A stretch of DNA of 63,909 nt, the filler included, from Reticulomyxa filosa (lineage: Eukaryota; Protista; Foraminifera): NCBI GenBank assembly GCA_000512085.1. It is 18 parts of 18 records of this genome, joined end to end, with 100 filler letters (N's around TTAATTAATTAA, not from the genome) between each part and the next. Parts side by side here need not be neighbours in the genome. Positions count along the whole stretch, not along the records: positions 38,362 to 40,315 come from ASPP01004170.1; positions 40,416 to 41,620 come from ASPP01025898.1; positions 41,721 to 50,990 come from ASPP01004031.1; positions 51,091 to 56,012 come from ASPP01004928.1; 14 more parts are not named here. One strand, 5' to 3'. The notes under the pieces are model-generated. The model was given only the letters and a program-made list of their open reading frames with translations. It ran no database searches and had not been told where the DNA came from. Positions 38,670 through 51,139 of the stretch are shown here, one piece after another. Every line of letters begins with the position of its first letter. Positions within the stretch are counted from its first letter, which is position 1. The position numbers and the translations under genes were made by a program.

Positions 38670-40315
38670 GAAGCAGAAAGCCACAATCAAAGTTTACGTG
38701 GCAGTATTGGCAGGTCAAGTTCGTTGGACCCTTCTTTGGCAAATGCGAAGAAGTGATTGGTTTGGAGTTGGTAAATGGACATATTGGCTCATGACGGAAA
38801 AGACTGTAAAAAGATAGTCAAGTCGGTCAAATTGTGAGATCAAGGTTAGCGTTGAAAAAATGGATGTTCAGTTCAATTTGATGATATAACCGGATTGGAA
38901 AATGGAGATGGTCGGGATTGAATTGGAGAACTTTATTGCAATTGCAACAGCGGAGTCCAGTAAAATGGCTAGATTTGTTGATCCAATACATTTCAAAGAT
39001 GAAGAAGTGTTGGCATCGAATTGGATGAGCGGCCATTGATGTGAACAACGGCAGCGTAGATTGAAGATGTACTTTGACTGCCGTGACTCAAGAGGCTATT
39101 TCTGTGCGAAGCGCAATATCGCGGAAAATATTTGTCCAACGCCTTTGGATGCGTTCGCACTTTGCAATGATGTCGGAGTAGCCGACAATGATGATGGTAA
39201 GATCGACCAAAAAATAAAAACATCAAGTCGGCGACCGTGTTGGATTGGATCAGGTTGTTGTAAAATGAATCAGCGTGGCCAACCCTAGTTGCGGAGAAGT
39301 AATGGCGGAAATCGATCTCGATGATTGGTGGATCAGCTGTCATAATGGAAGTCAAGATGTATGAAAAATTTCCAAGGTCATTACCAAAAAAAAAAAAAAA
39401 TTGTACGTACCTTGTGTTATCATAGTTGTGTTTGGTTCAACTAATGTGCGAAAAACCGTGAATGCTCTGCTCGTCGACGTTCCATGGCCAACATAATAGA
39501 ATATTGAAAGGTAAAGGAGGATCCTGTGCGCAAAGAGACAAGCTGACGAAAACAACGAATATCTAGACTTTGAAAATATTTGCAAGGCATTGGTCAACAA
39601 AGAATAATCAATCGAAAAAATTGGACGAAAGGCCAATTCAAAGAAGGGCTTCACCATTTGGAAACATCACATCATCCAACTCGGCAAGACTTGAAAGACA
39701 TACGAAGAAGACATCGGCCAGTGAGCGAAAGCGATGACAAATATCTTTGGACGACGATACCAAAAAAATGAATAGCGAGAAATCGATGATCAGTAAAATC
39801 GAATGAAGATGTGGGCGAAGACAACAAAAACGAACATGGACTTGCAAAAAATATAGTTGATAATTTGGTGATGTGACTGTCGGCGATATAGTTCGAATCT
39901 TGGAACGTCGTGCATTATCTTGGAGATGTACAATTTTCAAATGAAAACTTTTGAAATCGATTTGGATAGTTGGCATCCTGATACACCGATGAAATTGTGC
40001 GTTGAATTTTGTTTTGATATTGGAAAAAAAATTGGTGGCAACAATGACAACGATCTCGCTGATGAAGATGAGACAACGTCACCTCTGCAAACGCCGTTCA
40101 TGCAATCTCCAATCTTGAATTGGATTTTCGGTAACTACATTGGAAAAACCGATTTCGCGAAAAGGGAAATCATCAATTTGGAGTTGAATACCTGACGCAC
40201 TTGCCGACATAATGGTGCATCTCGATGAAAGAAATCTTTGAAGCCAATGTACGTCGTGCCCATTTCACGCAAAGAAGCTCCCTTTATCAAGTAGTGATCC
40301 CTTTGGTGAAGCCAT
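38670..40315 (+). pseudogene. Multi-CAP-Gly-domain pseudogene (4-5 degenerate domains)
   Basis: Reading across frameshifts: QVKFVGPFFGKCEEVIGLEL; EMVGIELENF; RFVDPIHFKDEEV-GIELDE..NNGSVD-KMYFDCRDSRGYFCAKRNI; VTVGDIVRI..YLGDVQFS..EIDLDSWHPD; YIGKTDFAKREIINLELNT*..HNG..KEIFEA..RAHFT. Confidence 0.8.
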
Positions 40316-40415
40316 NNNNNNNNNNNNNNNNNNNNNNNNNNNNNNNNNNNNNNNNNNNNTTAATTAATTAANNNNNNNNNNNNNNNNNNNNNNNNNNNNN
40401 NNNNNNNNNNNNNNN

Positions 40416-40770
40416 CCGGAAAGTGTTACACGTAGTAATACATCCATAATCGAAGTCTCAAAATCATCAATCGGTGAATTAAATATGCGACCATCCGGAA
40501 ACAGTATACGTAGTAACGCATACATTTTGAAACCACCAACAACATTAAGCGACGAATTGAATAAGCGACCATCCGAAAGTGATATACGTAGTAACACGTA
40601 CATATCCAAAGCACCAAAATCATCAAGTAGTGAATCAAATACGAGACCAAGTGAAAACGGTATTCGTAATAACGCATAAACAGTTGATGCGGCAAAAACG
40701 GCAAACGACGAATCAGTCACGCGATCAACCGGTGGAAGTACCCGTAACAATTCACACGCAACCAAATTGT
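40416..40770 (+). repeat. 78-nt (26-aa) degenerate coding tandem repeat, about 4.5 copies
   Basis: Units start near 40416, 40495, 40573, 40651 and 40729, sharing the core (t)acgtagtaac and cgaccatccg; peptide consensus is roughly xxIRSNxYxxKxPxxxSxExNxRPS. Confidence 0.85.
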
Positions 40771-41620
40771 CATCTCCATCAAGGTGTGAACCGAACTCAA
40801 AAAACCAACAATTGTATTATCGTGAGCAACCGGATTTGCAACTAGTACTGCCAAGCCCAGAGTGCCCCAGAGGCAAGGGCAGTGTGGACACCGAAAGTAC
40901 CACATCAAGTGAGAAGGGTGGTGCCGCCGAGAACAGTCATGTTTATACAAACCACGATGATGTTGACACAGACCCGGATGTGGTCGTCGTCAACCCGACC
41001 AGAAGACTCCCCACCAGAAAAGCAAATTCCCGATACATGAACAGTAACAATCGGAACCAAGGCACAAGAGAACAAAGACCGCAAAATAACAGCCATAGAG
41101 ATCGGAGCGATCCGACGCTACCGCAGATGCCGGAGGGTGATGCTCAGGCCAAAAGGATTCAAATGAGTGACATGGCGAAGATAATGGTACGGGAGGTACC
41201 TCGAGTTTTGGAAATTGATAATTCGCTCTCGGTCAACTCCCCAAACCCAAGAGCAACTCCCAAGGTTGACATTGAAGTGTCCCCATCAATACAAAGTATC
41301 ATGGACATGGACAGCAAGTGCTCCCGTCCCTCTTCCGTTGAACATGTGAAAACAGGGATGAACGCTCCCATTTCGGTCAGCTTGGAAACCCGTCGCGAAG
41401 CAAAGTTACGGCAGGCCCCCGTGCTGCGGTCGACCGAGTTGCCAGACCCATCGTCTCAAACAGTCAATCCAATTCAACTGCGGCCATCAACTGGACTACC
41501 AGCTTTCTTATCAGCGATTGAACGTTCCATTGACATCTCCAGACAGCCGACAACGCAGCAGCAACAACAATATCAAAATGGTGCAATGATACAAGGCCCA
41601 CGCGAACAGCAGCGAGATAA
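40418..41620 (+). CDS. Intronless disordered-protein ORF spanning the whole contig, interrupted by one TAA (40677-40679)
   Basis: ORFs 40485-40679 and 40767-41620 are in the same frame, separated only by that TAA. The product is S/P/Q/R-rich with no recognised domain. Confidence 0.5.
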
Positions 41621-41784
41621 NNNNNNNNNNNNNNNNNNNNNNNNNNNNNNNNNNNNNNNNNNNNTTAATTAATTAANNNNNNNNNNNNNNNNNNNNNNNN
41701 NNNNNNNNNNNNNNNNNNNNGAGGGGAGGAGGGGAGGAGGAAGGGATTGGCGGACATGAAAATTAAAATGGATGATCACTAATA

Positions 41785-44170
41785 GTATGTCATCGGTCGC
41801 ATCGAAAGGCATAATGTTTCGTACTCGCTTGATCGCGTGACGTTTTATTACAATTTCTTGGCCATATGTTCCGACATCTTTTTAATATTTTGCACATTGG
41901 CATGGGTGTTTTATAAGCCGGCCACTGACGGGGACAGCCACCACCCCAAGTTTTCTTCGATTTCGGATTTCACCATAGCAGGACAAATATGGGTTTTCAA
42001 GATATTGGCGCAGCTGTCACTATGTGTAATCTTTGTTATTTTGGCGACGATCGGATATCGTTCTATCATTTGCTATGAGAATCACGTGACTTGCCAAAGC
42101 TGTTATGATTCAGCACGTCGGCGGTTCCGACGTTGGTGCGATTCTCCGGCTCGACACCAGCCCCAGAATATGATCGTTGCCACTGCCAATACGCAATTTC
42201 AAGGGACTGTCGTGCCTGCCACCTCTTCTTCCTCAGTTTCTCATGTGTATTGTATATTATATATGTATGTATATGCATATGTACATATACATAATAATAT
42301 AATTGGTAATATATACATTATAACGTGACCCCCTCCTTTTATTTCACTTTGTCTAACGAACTGTGAAAAATTATGCTGAAAAAAAAAAAAAAAAAAGGTT
42401 TTAGAAAAAGTGTTGGCGAAGGTGCTTTTGGTGTTGTTCAATGTCTTGGCGCAGATGCGACTCGGTTTGCGCGCACTGTTGGCTTTACTGTGTGAAAGAA
42501 GTAACGTGCAAGTGCATTGGCCGAACCATGCTAAATACCATTGAGTTTATCCTTGGTAAGGGGGGGAGGAGGGGGAGAGAGGAGAAGGATACTATATGTT
42601 CACTATGTGATGCACTCCGAACGTATAATTATTTGTTTTTGGTTTGTGGACATTAACGTACACAATCTAGAATAACATGCATATGACAACATGTTTTTTT
42701 TTTTGTAATATGATGTCCATAGCGATAATCGCAGTGATAATAATGGGTATCCTGGTCCCAGTGGTAATGATTTTCCTGTGTTGTGTTGCATTGATGTGTT
42801 TGGAGATTGCAAAGTTGGTGGCAATTCCAATCTTTTTTCGCTATGCCAATCGCTACCATCGTTACGACGCGAATCTGTCAAAACAGCTGTTTAACTTTGT
42901 GTATTACCACGCGAAAAACCAGTCCGATTACTGGCTGCGACTCGTTGTTGCCAACTACAGCCTCGTGCTGACCAACCTCAGACGCAAACAAACAATCGCT
43001 TCCCTCCCCCTTCTGTCGAACGCAGACACCCAATTATCGCCATCGACACAGGTTGACACAGAGCAGAATTTTATCGATCCTATTTTGAGTTTGCCCGATC
43101 ATCAAAATTGGATCAAACGATTGCTGATACCTCACGCATTTGAGCATCATCAAACGAAACAAAGTTTTTTTTTTACTTAAAAAAAAAAAAAAAAGGGACC
43201 CCCCCCCTTCTTATCTATATATACACATATATAATAATAATAAAAAAAACACGTAACAATCAACAAACCCAAAGAATTGAGCAAATCTCGCTCGGAACTG
43301 CTTGCAAAGCTGCCCAAAGATACAAACCCAACGAACGAACAAATGGTCGAGCTTTTTGCAGGATTGCCCGACCCGGACAAATTACCTCCTCCGAAATTAG
43401 ACGATCCGCAAGACTGGCATCACTTGCTGGATCTTCGTCCGCAGGACTTGTGGGAATTGATCAAAGAAGAATGGGAGGAAATGATCGCTTTTTACTTCAA
43501 ATGTGAAGTCTATCAACAGATTAAAACCGAACTCAGTGGCAACTTTGCCAATGCTGGCGGATGCAGCAGGTGCGCTTTTGTGGCCGCCTGCACGAGTTTG
43601 TTTCTTCTGCTCTATTTCATCGGCCCCTTGTTTGCTTGCGTGTTCCTCTTTTCTTTATTTTACCCGATCACTGCTTTGATTGTCACGTGGTACTACTCCG
43701 GATGGAACAGTGTTCATTATCTGCAACTTACCTTGACATGCTTTTATTCCTTTGCTCTGCTCTGCATGCTCGTCATGACACCACGTGTTTTAAGCTTTCA
43801 ACATGCCAGCTTTCATTTATTTGCAATCCGAAGAAGAGAGTATTCTCGTAATGCAGTTGATTTTTTTTTTTTTTTTTTTCTATATACGTATACATATTTT
43901 GTTGGTTTATAATTTTTTTTTTTTTTTTTGCAACCCCCTTTTGGTAAGGGAGTCGATGAGATGAAACAACGCTATATTAGCTTGTTCGCTACCACCACGA
44001 GGAACAAACTTGTGCGCGCTTTCTTTAAAGACTTTGCGACGGAAATAATCGAATTTTTACCGCGAATGCATTCTATTGATAATGTAAACAACGAAAATAT
44101 CGATGCAATACTACAAACTTGCCAAAAATTTGACGACACATTTGACAAAAATATTTTTGATTACGCTTGA
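41785..44170 (+). CDS. Hypothetical multi-pass membrane protein, multi-exon (5'-truncated)
   Basis: Successive + strand ORFs (41837, 42677, 43277, 43928) carry hydrophobic segments and are separated by homopolymer-rich intron-like gaps; the last ends at TGA 44168-44170. Confidence 0.6.
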
Positions 44171-44507
44171 ACAGTTTGCACAATTTTGGCTCCTGTTGTA
44201 TAAACTAAAAAAAGCGATTATACAAAATTGCCTTTGTTTTTTCCAGGACTAATTCAAAACAGATATAACGCAAAGGCAAAGATCCTTCTATTGCACTACA
44301 TATTTTTGGCTGTTGTTGAAATTTGATGTACTTTAATTGCAATCAAGTTTTCAAATCTCTTTTGTATAGAAATGCTGTGCAAGGAAAAAAGTTTTTATCA
44401 AAGAGTATACTAAAACAAAAAAACTCAATGTGCAACCGAATTGTAAAAACACGGATCTGACGGTAGTAAAAAGTTTTTCAGGGGACCTTTTTATTGAGAA
44501 AAAAAAG

Positions 44508-45812
44508 ATGAATATTGTCTTAGAAGCATTTCTTTTGCTTGTAGCAATATTGTTTTGCGTTATTTTACTTTGGCATTTTAATCGTAAGATCAAAGAGCCA
44601 AAGCTGAGATTGAATGGAGGGAAAGTATTGATAACAGGAGGATCAAAAGGCATAGGGTTCTGGGCGGCCCACGCCAGTGTAAAAAAGGGGGCAAGCGTAT
44701 GCATCGTAGCAAGAAATGAGGAGATTTTGAAAGAAGCTCGTGAAGAATTATTAAAACACCGAATCTATGACTCACAAGAAGTGTTGACAGTGGCGTGTGA
44801 CGTGAGTAAATTTGAGCCCGTTAAACAAGCCAGTTAATCTATGCATGGTTCATACGTACGTGGTTCAATTAATATCTTACCAAAACACAACAAAACAAAT
44901 TTTTTTGTTTGTTTGTTTGTTACCGAACAACAATAGTAACAAATCGTTTCAAACAAAGTGGATGGGATAGTTTGGACGGCCTAGTGTGTAACGCTGGTGT
45001 AGAAAGTGTAGGTACATTTACCGACTTAGATGTGAGTGAGCATCGCCAGGTGATGGATATAAATTACTTTGGTGCAGTGAACGTAATCAAGACTTGTCTT
45101 CCTTATTTAAAAAATAACAGCAAAAAAGGATCTCGTGTTGTAGTCAATTCGTCATTGTTAGGATTGACTGGAATGATGTGTTATTCTGCTTATTCTGCTT
45201 CCAAATATGCTTTGCGGGGATTGGTCGAAAGTATCGCACAAGAATTACGTGCTTATAATATCCACTGTTGTTTGATCTTCCCACCCGATGTTGATGTATG
45301 TTTATGACATAAATATACAATTCATGTATATTATCTGTCTCTATATATATATATACTTTTCTTGCACTTTGAAATTTGAGTGCTTTGTTTTTTTTTTTAG
45401 ACGGATCAGTACAAGCGTGAAAAACAAGTCAATATCCCTAAACAAGTGAGAGATATTTCTTCTGGCTCTGGCTTGTTTCGACCAGAGGACATTGGAAAGG
45501 ATATCACCGGAATGATCGAAAATGGTGGATTTAGCGCTTCCTGGGGAGTTGATGGATGGATGCTTCGAAATTTAACCGCAGGAATGACTCCTGCTTTTTC
45601 ATTTACTGATACTATTGCACAGGTTTGTTTATCCATTTGTTGCTTTTTGTTTACTCGTTTGTTGTTGGTGATTGTTTTTGTTTTTAATGCTTGTTGGTGC
45701 TGGTGGAAAAAAAAAGATCTTGTGTGGGGGATTATTTCGTGCAATTGCATTATGGTATGCAAAAGAACATGCCACAATTGGAGAGAAATATTTGAATCAG
45801 GACATAAAGTAA
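44508..45812 (+). CDS. KDSR: 3-ketodihydrosphingosine reductase (SDR family; TSC10/FVT1), 4 exons
   Basis: N-terminal TM, VLITGGSKGIG, NAG, catalytic YSAYSASK, FPPDVD/TDQYKRE, GWMLRNLTAGMTP and terminal IFVWGLFRAIALWY; stop TAA 45810-45812. Confidence 0.9.
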
Positions 45813-46780
45813 TAATTATATCTTACTAACAAAATCCGAAAAGCAATATTTGTTATGCCCCGTGCAAAATACGTCATTGTCCTTTTTTTTTATGAACAAA
45901 GAATTTGAAATTCAATTAGAACTTGCAACTAGATTTAAAAATCTTTTAAACGTTATCTATTTTATCTTTAAAAGCAAATTAAACTGACTTTTGTCATGAA
46001 CTTTAAAAAATAGAAAGTGCAAATCTTTATTGTTGTAGCTAATTCAAAATTAGTTAAGATGTTAGTTTTCAAAAATATGTATACAAATCAAAAGAATAAA
46101 CATAATATTTTGATAGTATTTAGAACATTAAATATAATTAGTATATAATTTCTTGCTGAAATGCAATAATATGAAGAAATTAGTAAATAATAAGAAAGAT
46201 TGTGAATAATATATGATAGTATAATTATTAAAATTTGCAACAATGAAATAATAAAAAAAAATCAAAGTTAAATGTTCACAATAGTCATCTTCAGATCTAA
46301 TGACATGATATTGAAGTTCATGAACTAACTAAAGAATTTTTACAAGATGACGATGACATAACTGTTCTAGAAAACATGAAATAATTTGCAGTACTGGAAA
46401 TTTTACTATGATTATACATAGCAAAATTTGATATGAATATTGAATTAGAGTATGCTTAAGAATGGATCATTTAGTCATTGAAAAGAGTCATACTTTTCGA
46501 TTTTACATTAATGCAAGCTTTAATATACTCATTAAGATAAACATTGCGCAAATTAGTATTAAATAAAGAGCCAGCATATTTGTAAGAAACTGAAAAATAC
46601 ATTTCATATTGACCAAACCAAATTCGAAAACAATATTATAATGAGAAATCGTAATTATATTTCAAACAGTAAACGATATTTTATGAAAGGGTTCAAGTGT
46701 TTAGACATACATTTGTATCGATTTATGCGATTAAAAATTAGTTATATAGTAAATTTGGAGATCTAATAACGAAAGATTCG

Positions 46781-47079
46781 TTTTAAATATCATTTTGGTT
46801 TTTTATTAAATATTTACTAATTATTTCAACATTTAGTCATTTATTTTTTTTTAGTTAGTATTGTTCGATATTTGTGTTTTTTAATACTTTTATTTTTTTT
46901 GAAAATGACTACGCATTTAGCACTTTCTGAAAATGCTTTTAAAAAAGTTGTCAAATTTCATTGTTACGACATAGTCAAGATTGTCAACTTTTTCTCGAAA
47001 ATTTTCAAAAATCAATAAAATATCAAATTTTTTAAACAATTAGTAAAGATTTAATAAAAAACCAAAATGATATTTAAAA
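46781..47079. mobile_element. MITE-like element with about 49-bp terminal inverted repeats
   Basis: 46781-46829 (ttttaaatatcattttggttttttattaaatatttactaattatttcaa) matches the reverse complement of 47031-47079 with about 3 mismatches. The 200-bp core is non-coding and no clear TSD is visible. Confidence 0.5.
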
Positions 47080-47392
47080 AGTACACGATTTGTAGATATT
47101 TTTTAAAAATTAAGTCTGAATGTTGTTTTTTCGTGTAGAAAATCAATCATCTCTTAAGATGCCATTTTAGGTGTCAACTTTACCTTGCATTCTAATGTAG
47201 TTTGTTATATCAATGCTCACAATACTGAAAAAAGAAACTATGTTTATTGATAGTAAATATATCAAAACTGAATTTATCAACAATATATATGACGCGAAGT
47301 AATTGTATAGGTAGATAAAGTAATATTACAAAATAAAAATCCATTTCAAAAAATACTGATAATAACAAAAACTAATTATATAAATACAGTAT

Positions 47393-48416
47393 CGTCCAAA
47401 AAAAAGTGAACATCAACAAAAAATCTGATTATTTAAAAAGTTATTATGTTTTATATGAGTCTACTTAAGTTACAAGTCTGTAATTTTACGTACATATTGA
47501 ACTTATACTGTTGTTCAATTGACTAAAATTTGATAGTTATTCTTTGTTGGTTTAGAAGATATAATTAAAATTATTAAATTTTTTATAGTTAATCAAAAAG
47601 ATCAATTTTTGAACTTTACAATATTTTGTCATTTTAAACCTTTATTAGATCAATATTTTTCTTTTTTTCACAAAACAATTTATCGACTATCAAAATCATA
47701 AAAAACCATATAAATCAACATTTGGTGATATCACCTTTAGCTTGGATCAAGGCATGGTTCCATTTTGCACAGAATCAATTAGTTTTTCACACAAATTAAC
47801 TTCAATATTATATAATTGTTTATCAAACTAATCAAAAAGATCTTTATTAATAGAAAAAGGTTCATTTCTGATAAACTTTGCACTTTACGATCAACAATAT
47901 GCTCAATATAATTTAGATCATAACTTTTCGCATGTAATTCAATCAATAATCGAAATCCAATATAAGACCAAATCATAATGAATCTTACGCATTGTTCTTC
48001 AATCAGAAGGGCATGCCTTTCCAAACGTATCGAACACAGTAACTGACATGTATGTTCAACTTGGTCTAGTCATAGAAGTTATATTTTTACAGTATGCTGT
48101 CAAATCTTTGTGTGCTCTTGCAAATTCTAATCGCAGTTTTTTATGGTCTTCCGATTTAGAAATCAACGAATGTAAAAACTTTGAACTTCCGTAAGTTCAA
48201 AAATTGATCTTTTTGATTAACTATAAAAAATTTAATAATTTTAATTATATCTTCTAAACCAACAAAGAATAACTATCAAATTTTAGTCAATTGAACAACA
48301 GTATAAGTTCAATATGTACGTAAAATTACAGACTTGTAACTTAAGTAGACTCATATAAAACATAATAACTTTTTAAATAATCAGATTTTTTGTTGATGTT
48401 CACTTTTTTTTGGACG
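47393..48416. repeat. 224-bp inverted repeat pair (47393-47616 / 48193-48416) flanking 576 bp
   Basis: The arms read as reverse complements with no mismatch found by eye, from cgtccaaaaaaaaagtgaacatc to gatcaatttttgaactt. Confidence 0.93.
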
Positions 48417-50038
48417 CTATTATATAATAAATATAATTCGTAAAATAATAAGATATAAACAACACAAAAATATATTAAAAAAAAAATTAATTTAAAACAA
48501 AAAAAGCAAATAAGTAATAAGAACCAAGTTGCTTTATACAAATTAAATTTAAAACAAAATATTGGCTCAATATACAAAATACATTGTAAAAGTAAACATT
48601 GCAAGTTCTCATACGAAAAATGCAATATAAAATTATTAAATATTGAAAATGCACTTATAAATTTGGCGAAACATGATAAGACATAAATGATATATATTAC
48701 AAATTAAAAAATTATTTTAAGTCATATAATCAGAACATAAAGTAGCATTGCTAGTTCAAGTTTTGCAATTCATAATTGAAGCTTGTATTGATTTGATTAT
48801 TTTCATTGAAGGTAAAACCAATTAATATTCCTTATATTTGAGAAATATTTAAAGTATTGCTGAAACTTTGATTCAATATGATCTATACCTAATTAAAGCG
48901 GAAGATAATGAAAGACAATATAAGTTGATATATCTCTAAATTTATTTTGCATAAAAGTTCACACATTGTCATTACTTATACGAGTTTCTTTGACTGATCA
49001 TTGACCAGTAAATTAAAATTTCCGCTCACTTGGACAACGACACAAATTTTTTATCTTTTAATTAACTAATTAAAAATCGATAGTGATGTAAGCAAATTTG
49101 ATTTTAGCAAGATCTTTGAAAGGCAGCGTTCAGATTAAACATGCAAAAACACAAGAACAAAAAACATTCCAACAAAGCAATTCCATGCATTCTTAGTGAA
49201 TAAATGTGACAATTGATAAAAACACAGTACATTATCATCTTTTCATCACACTAAACAAACAAAATCTATAATAACACCTAAACCCCGCATCTTCAAAAGA
49301 ACATCCAGTCAAGAAGGATAAAAAACAACAAAAAGAATAATAAAAGTTTGTTGTACCAGCTACTGTAAACAAACTGGATTGTTCAAACACAAGTCTTTTT
49401 TTGTCCGCACACTTTTTTTGTTGTTGTTTTGTTTGTTTTTGTCTTTCCAGTATTCTTGTTTTTGGTTTTTCTGTGTACCTTGCATTGTCTTCTTTACTTT
49501 CAAACTGATTCAGAGCGAAAAAAGAGGACGCGAGATAGCACAACATTAGTTAAAATATGACACCCAAAAACAAAAATTTCAAAAGAGTAAAACGAAAACT
49601 AAAAACAAAAAGATCAAAAAAAACATAAAAAAAAAAAGCGGAAAAACAATGGTTTTATAAAAATACACCCAAAACAACAAACAATTAAAAAAGTAGGAAA
49701 AAAAACGAAGGGGGAAGAGTAATGAGCTCGAAAAAAAAGAATAACAAACAAGCAAAAACTAGAATCAATGCTTGGGAGGGAAATAAAAAAATAACACAAA
49801 AACAAAAATAAAAACACAAAAGTAAGAGAATAATCAAATCAATCAAAAGATGTGCAATAAAAACAATTTTTAAAAAACAAAAACAAAAAAAATTTCTTTT
49901 TTTTATTAGATTATTGCATATTTTTTTCATCATTGTCATCTCGTTTGGACTTTTTTTCTCACAAAAAACAAAACAAACAAATAAAAAATTAAAATTTAAA
50001 TTACCGTTTTTATGCTGCCTTTCTTCACCTGAATCGGA

Positions 50039-50960
50039 TTATTTTGCTCCAGTGTTCAAGTTGTTTTCGGATTTGTCATTTTGCTTCGGTAGCCAAATTC
50101 CAATAAGTTTTGGCCGCTTCGATTTTTTCAAAGTATCATCGTCTTCATTGTCTTCAAATGACGATTCCTCATCTTTTTCATGTTCGCTATCGTCTTGAAA
50201 TGCACCTTCCTTTGGCTGCTCTTGCTTGAAATTCATCGCGACCAACACTGATCCGTAGCACTCAGTATGAACTGATGGCAAAGGGCCATCCCGAATCTCC
50301 ACTTTTGCACCCAGTTTCGCAACTCCGCATTTGAAGTGAAACTCCAATAATAAAGGGTGAATTAACAACGAACAATAATGAATAAACTCTGTTTGCAGGT
50401 TAGAAAGTGGTTATATTTCATAAAAAAAAAAAAAAATCTCTTTTTCCAAGATTTTGTCCATTAGCAACTCCGACAATTTTTTTTTTTTAAATTACAAACC
50501 TTTCAAGCTTAATTGCGTTTTGTCCTTAACAAAATCTTGTGCGGAACGCCGCAAAGCAGCACTGGCATGAAATTTGTCTGGTATGCTCATCTGTTATGGC
50601 CACAATTTGTGTATTAATTTTTCTTCTCTCCAAAGACAGAAGAGAAAAGTAACCTTGATGACGTGTTCAATTTCTAACGCGCCTTTCAGCTCGGTGTCGT
50701 GAAGTTCAAATACCTCAATGATTTTGCGACGACGAAAGTCGGACACCAACTGAACGAAACAAAAAAATCTTTGAGCAAAGTATAAATGGGATAGGAGAAG
50801 GAAAAAAAACACAAACAAATAAACAAGTTTCCAAACATGGCCACATTCTCCTCGCTTCAAATGGACTTTCAAGGTTGGTTGGTATTTATCTAATTCTTGT
50901 TCACCATCCACCAAACCGGTTTCGATTTCTGTAGTATTTTGCATTGCACAACTTAGTTGG
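50039..50960 (-). CDS. Hypothetical protein, C-terminal exons (5'-truncated)
   Basis: Protein-like segments (ELDKYQPTLKVHLKRGECGHVWK; LVSDFRRRKIIEVFEL; FHFKCGVAKLGAKVEIRDG...acidic tail) separated by GT-AG intron-like gaps. Confidence 0.5.
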
Positions 50961-51139
50961 TCTCTTGTTTTTCGTCCATCCCCCCCCCCCNNNNNNNNNN
51001 NNNNNNNNNNNNNNNNNNNNNNNNNNNNNNNNNNTTAATTAATTAANNNNNNNNNNNNNNNNNNNNNNNNNNNNNNNNNNNNNNNNNNNNTTTTTTTTTT
51101 AATTGATATGATATATAGCAAGTACTTAAAAGAAAATAC

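Noticed and set aside
13691-40679. In-frame TGA (Vti1-like) and TAA (repeat ORF) as evidence of a non-standard genetic code
   Set aside because: Conserved genes (XPF, CTPS, KDSR, MAPK, RRP9, Mic10) read without internal stops and end at TAA, TAG or TGA, which fits the standard code.
40416-40770. 78-nt periodic repeat as a CRISPR-like array
   Set aside because: The period is a multiple of 3, divergence is spread through the whole unit, there is no invariant repeat with unique spacers, and there are no cas genes in this eukaryotic context.
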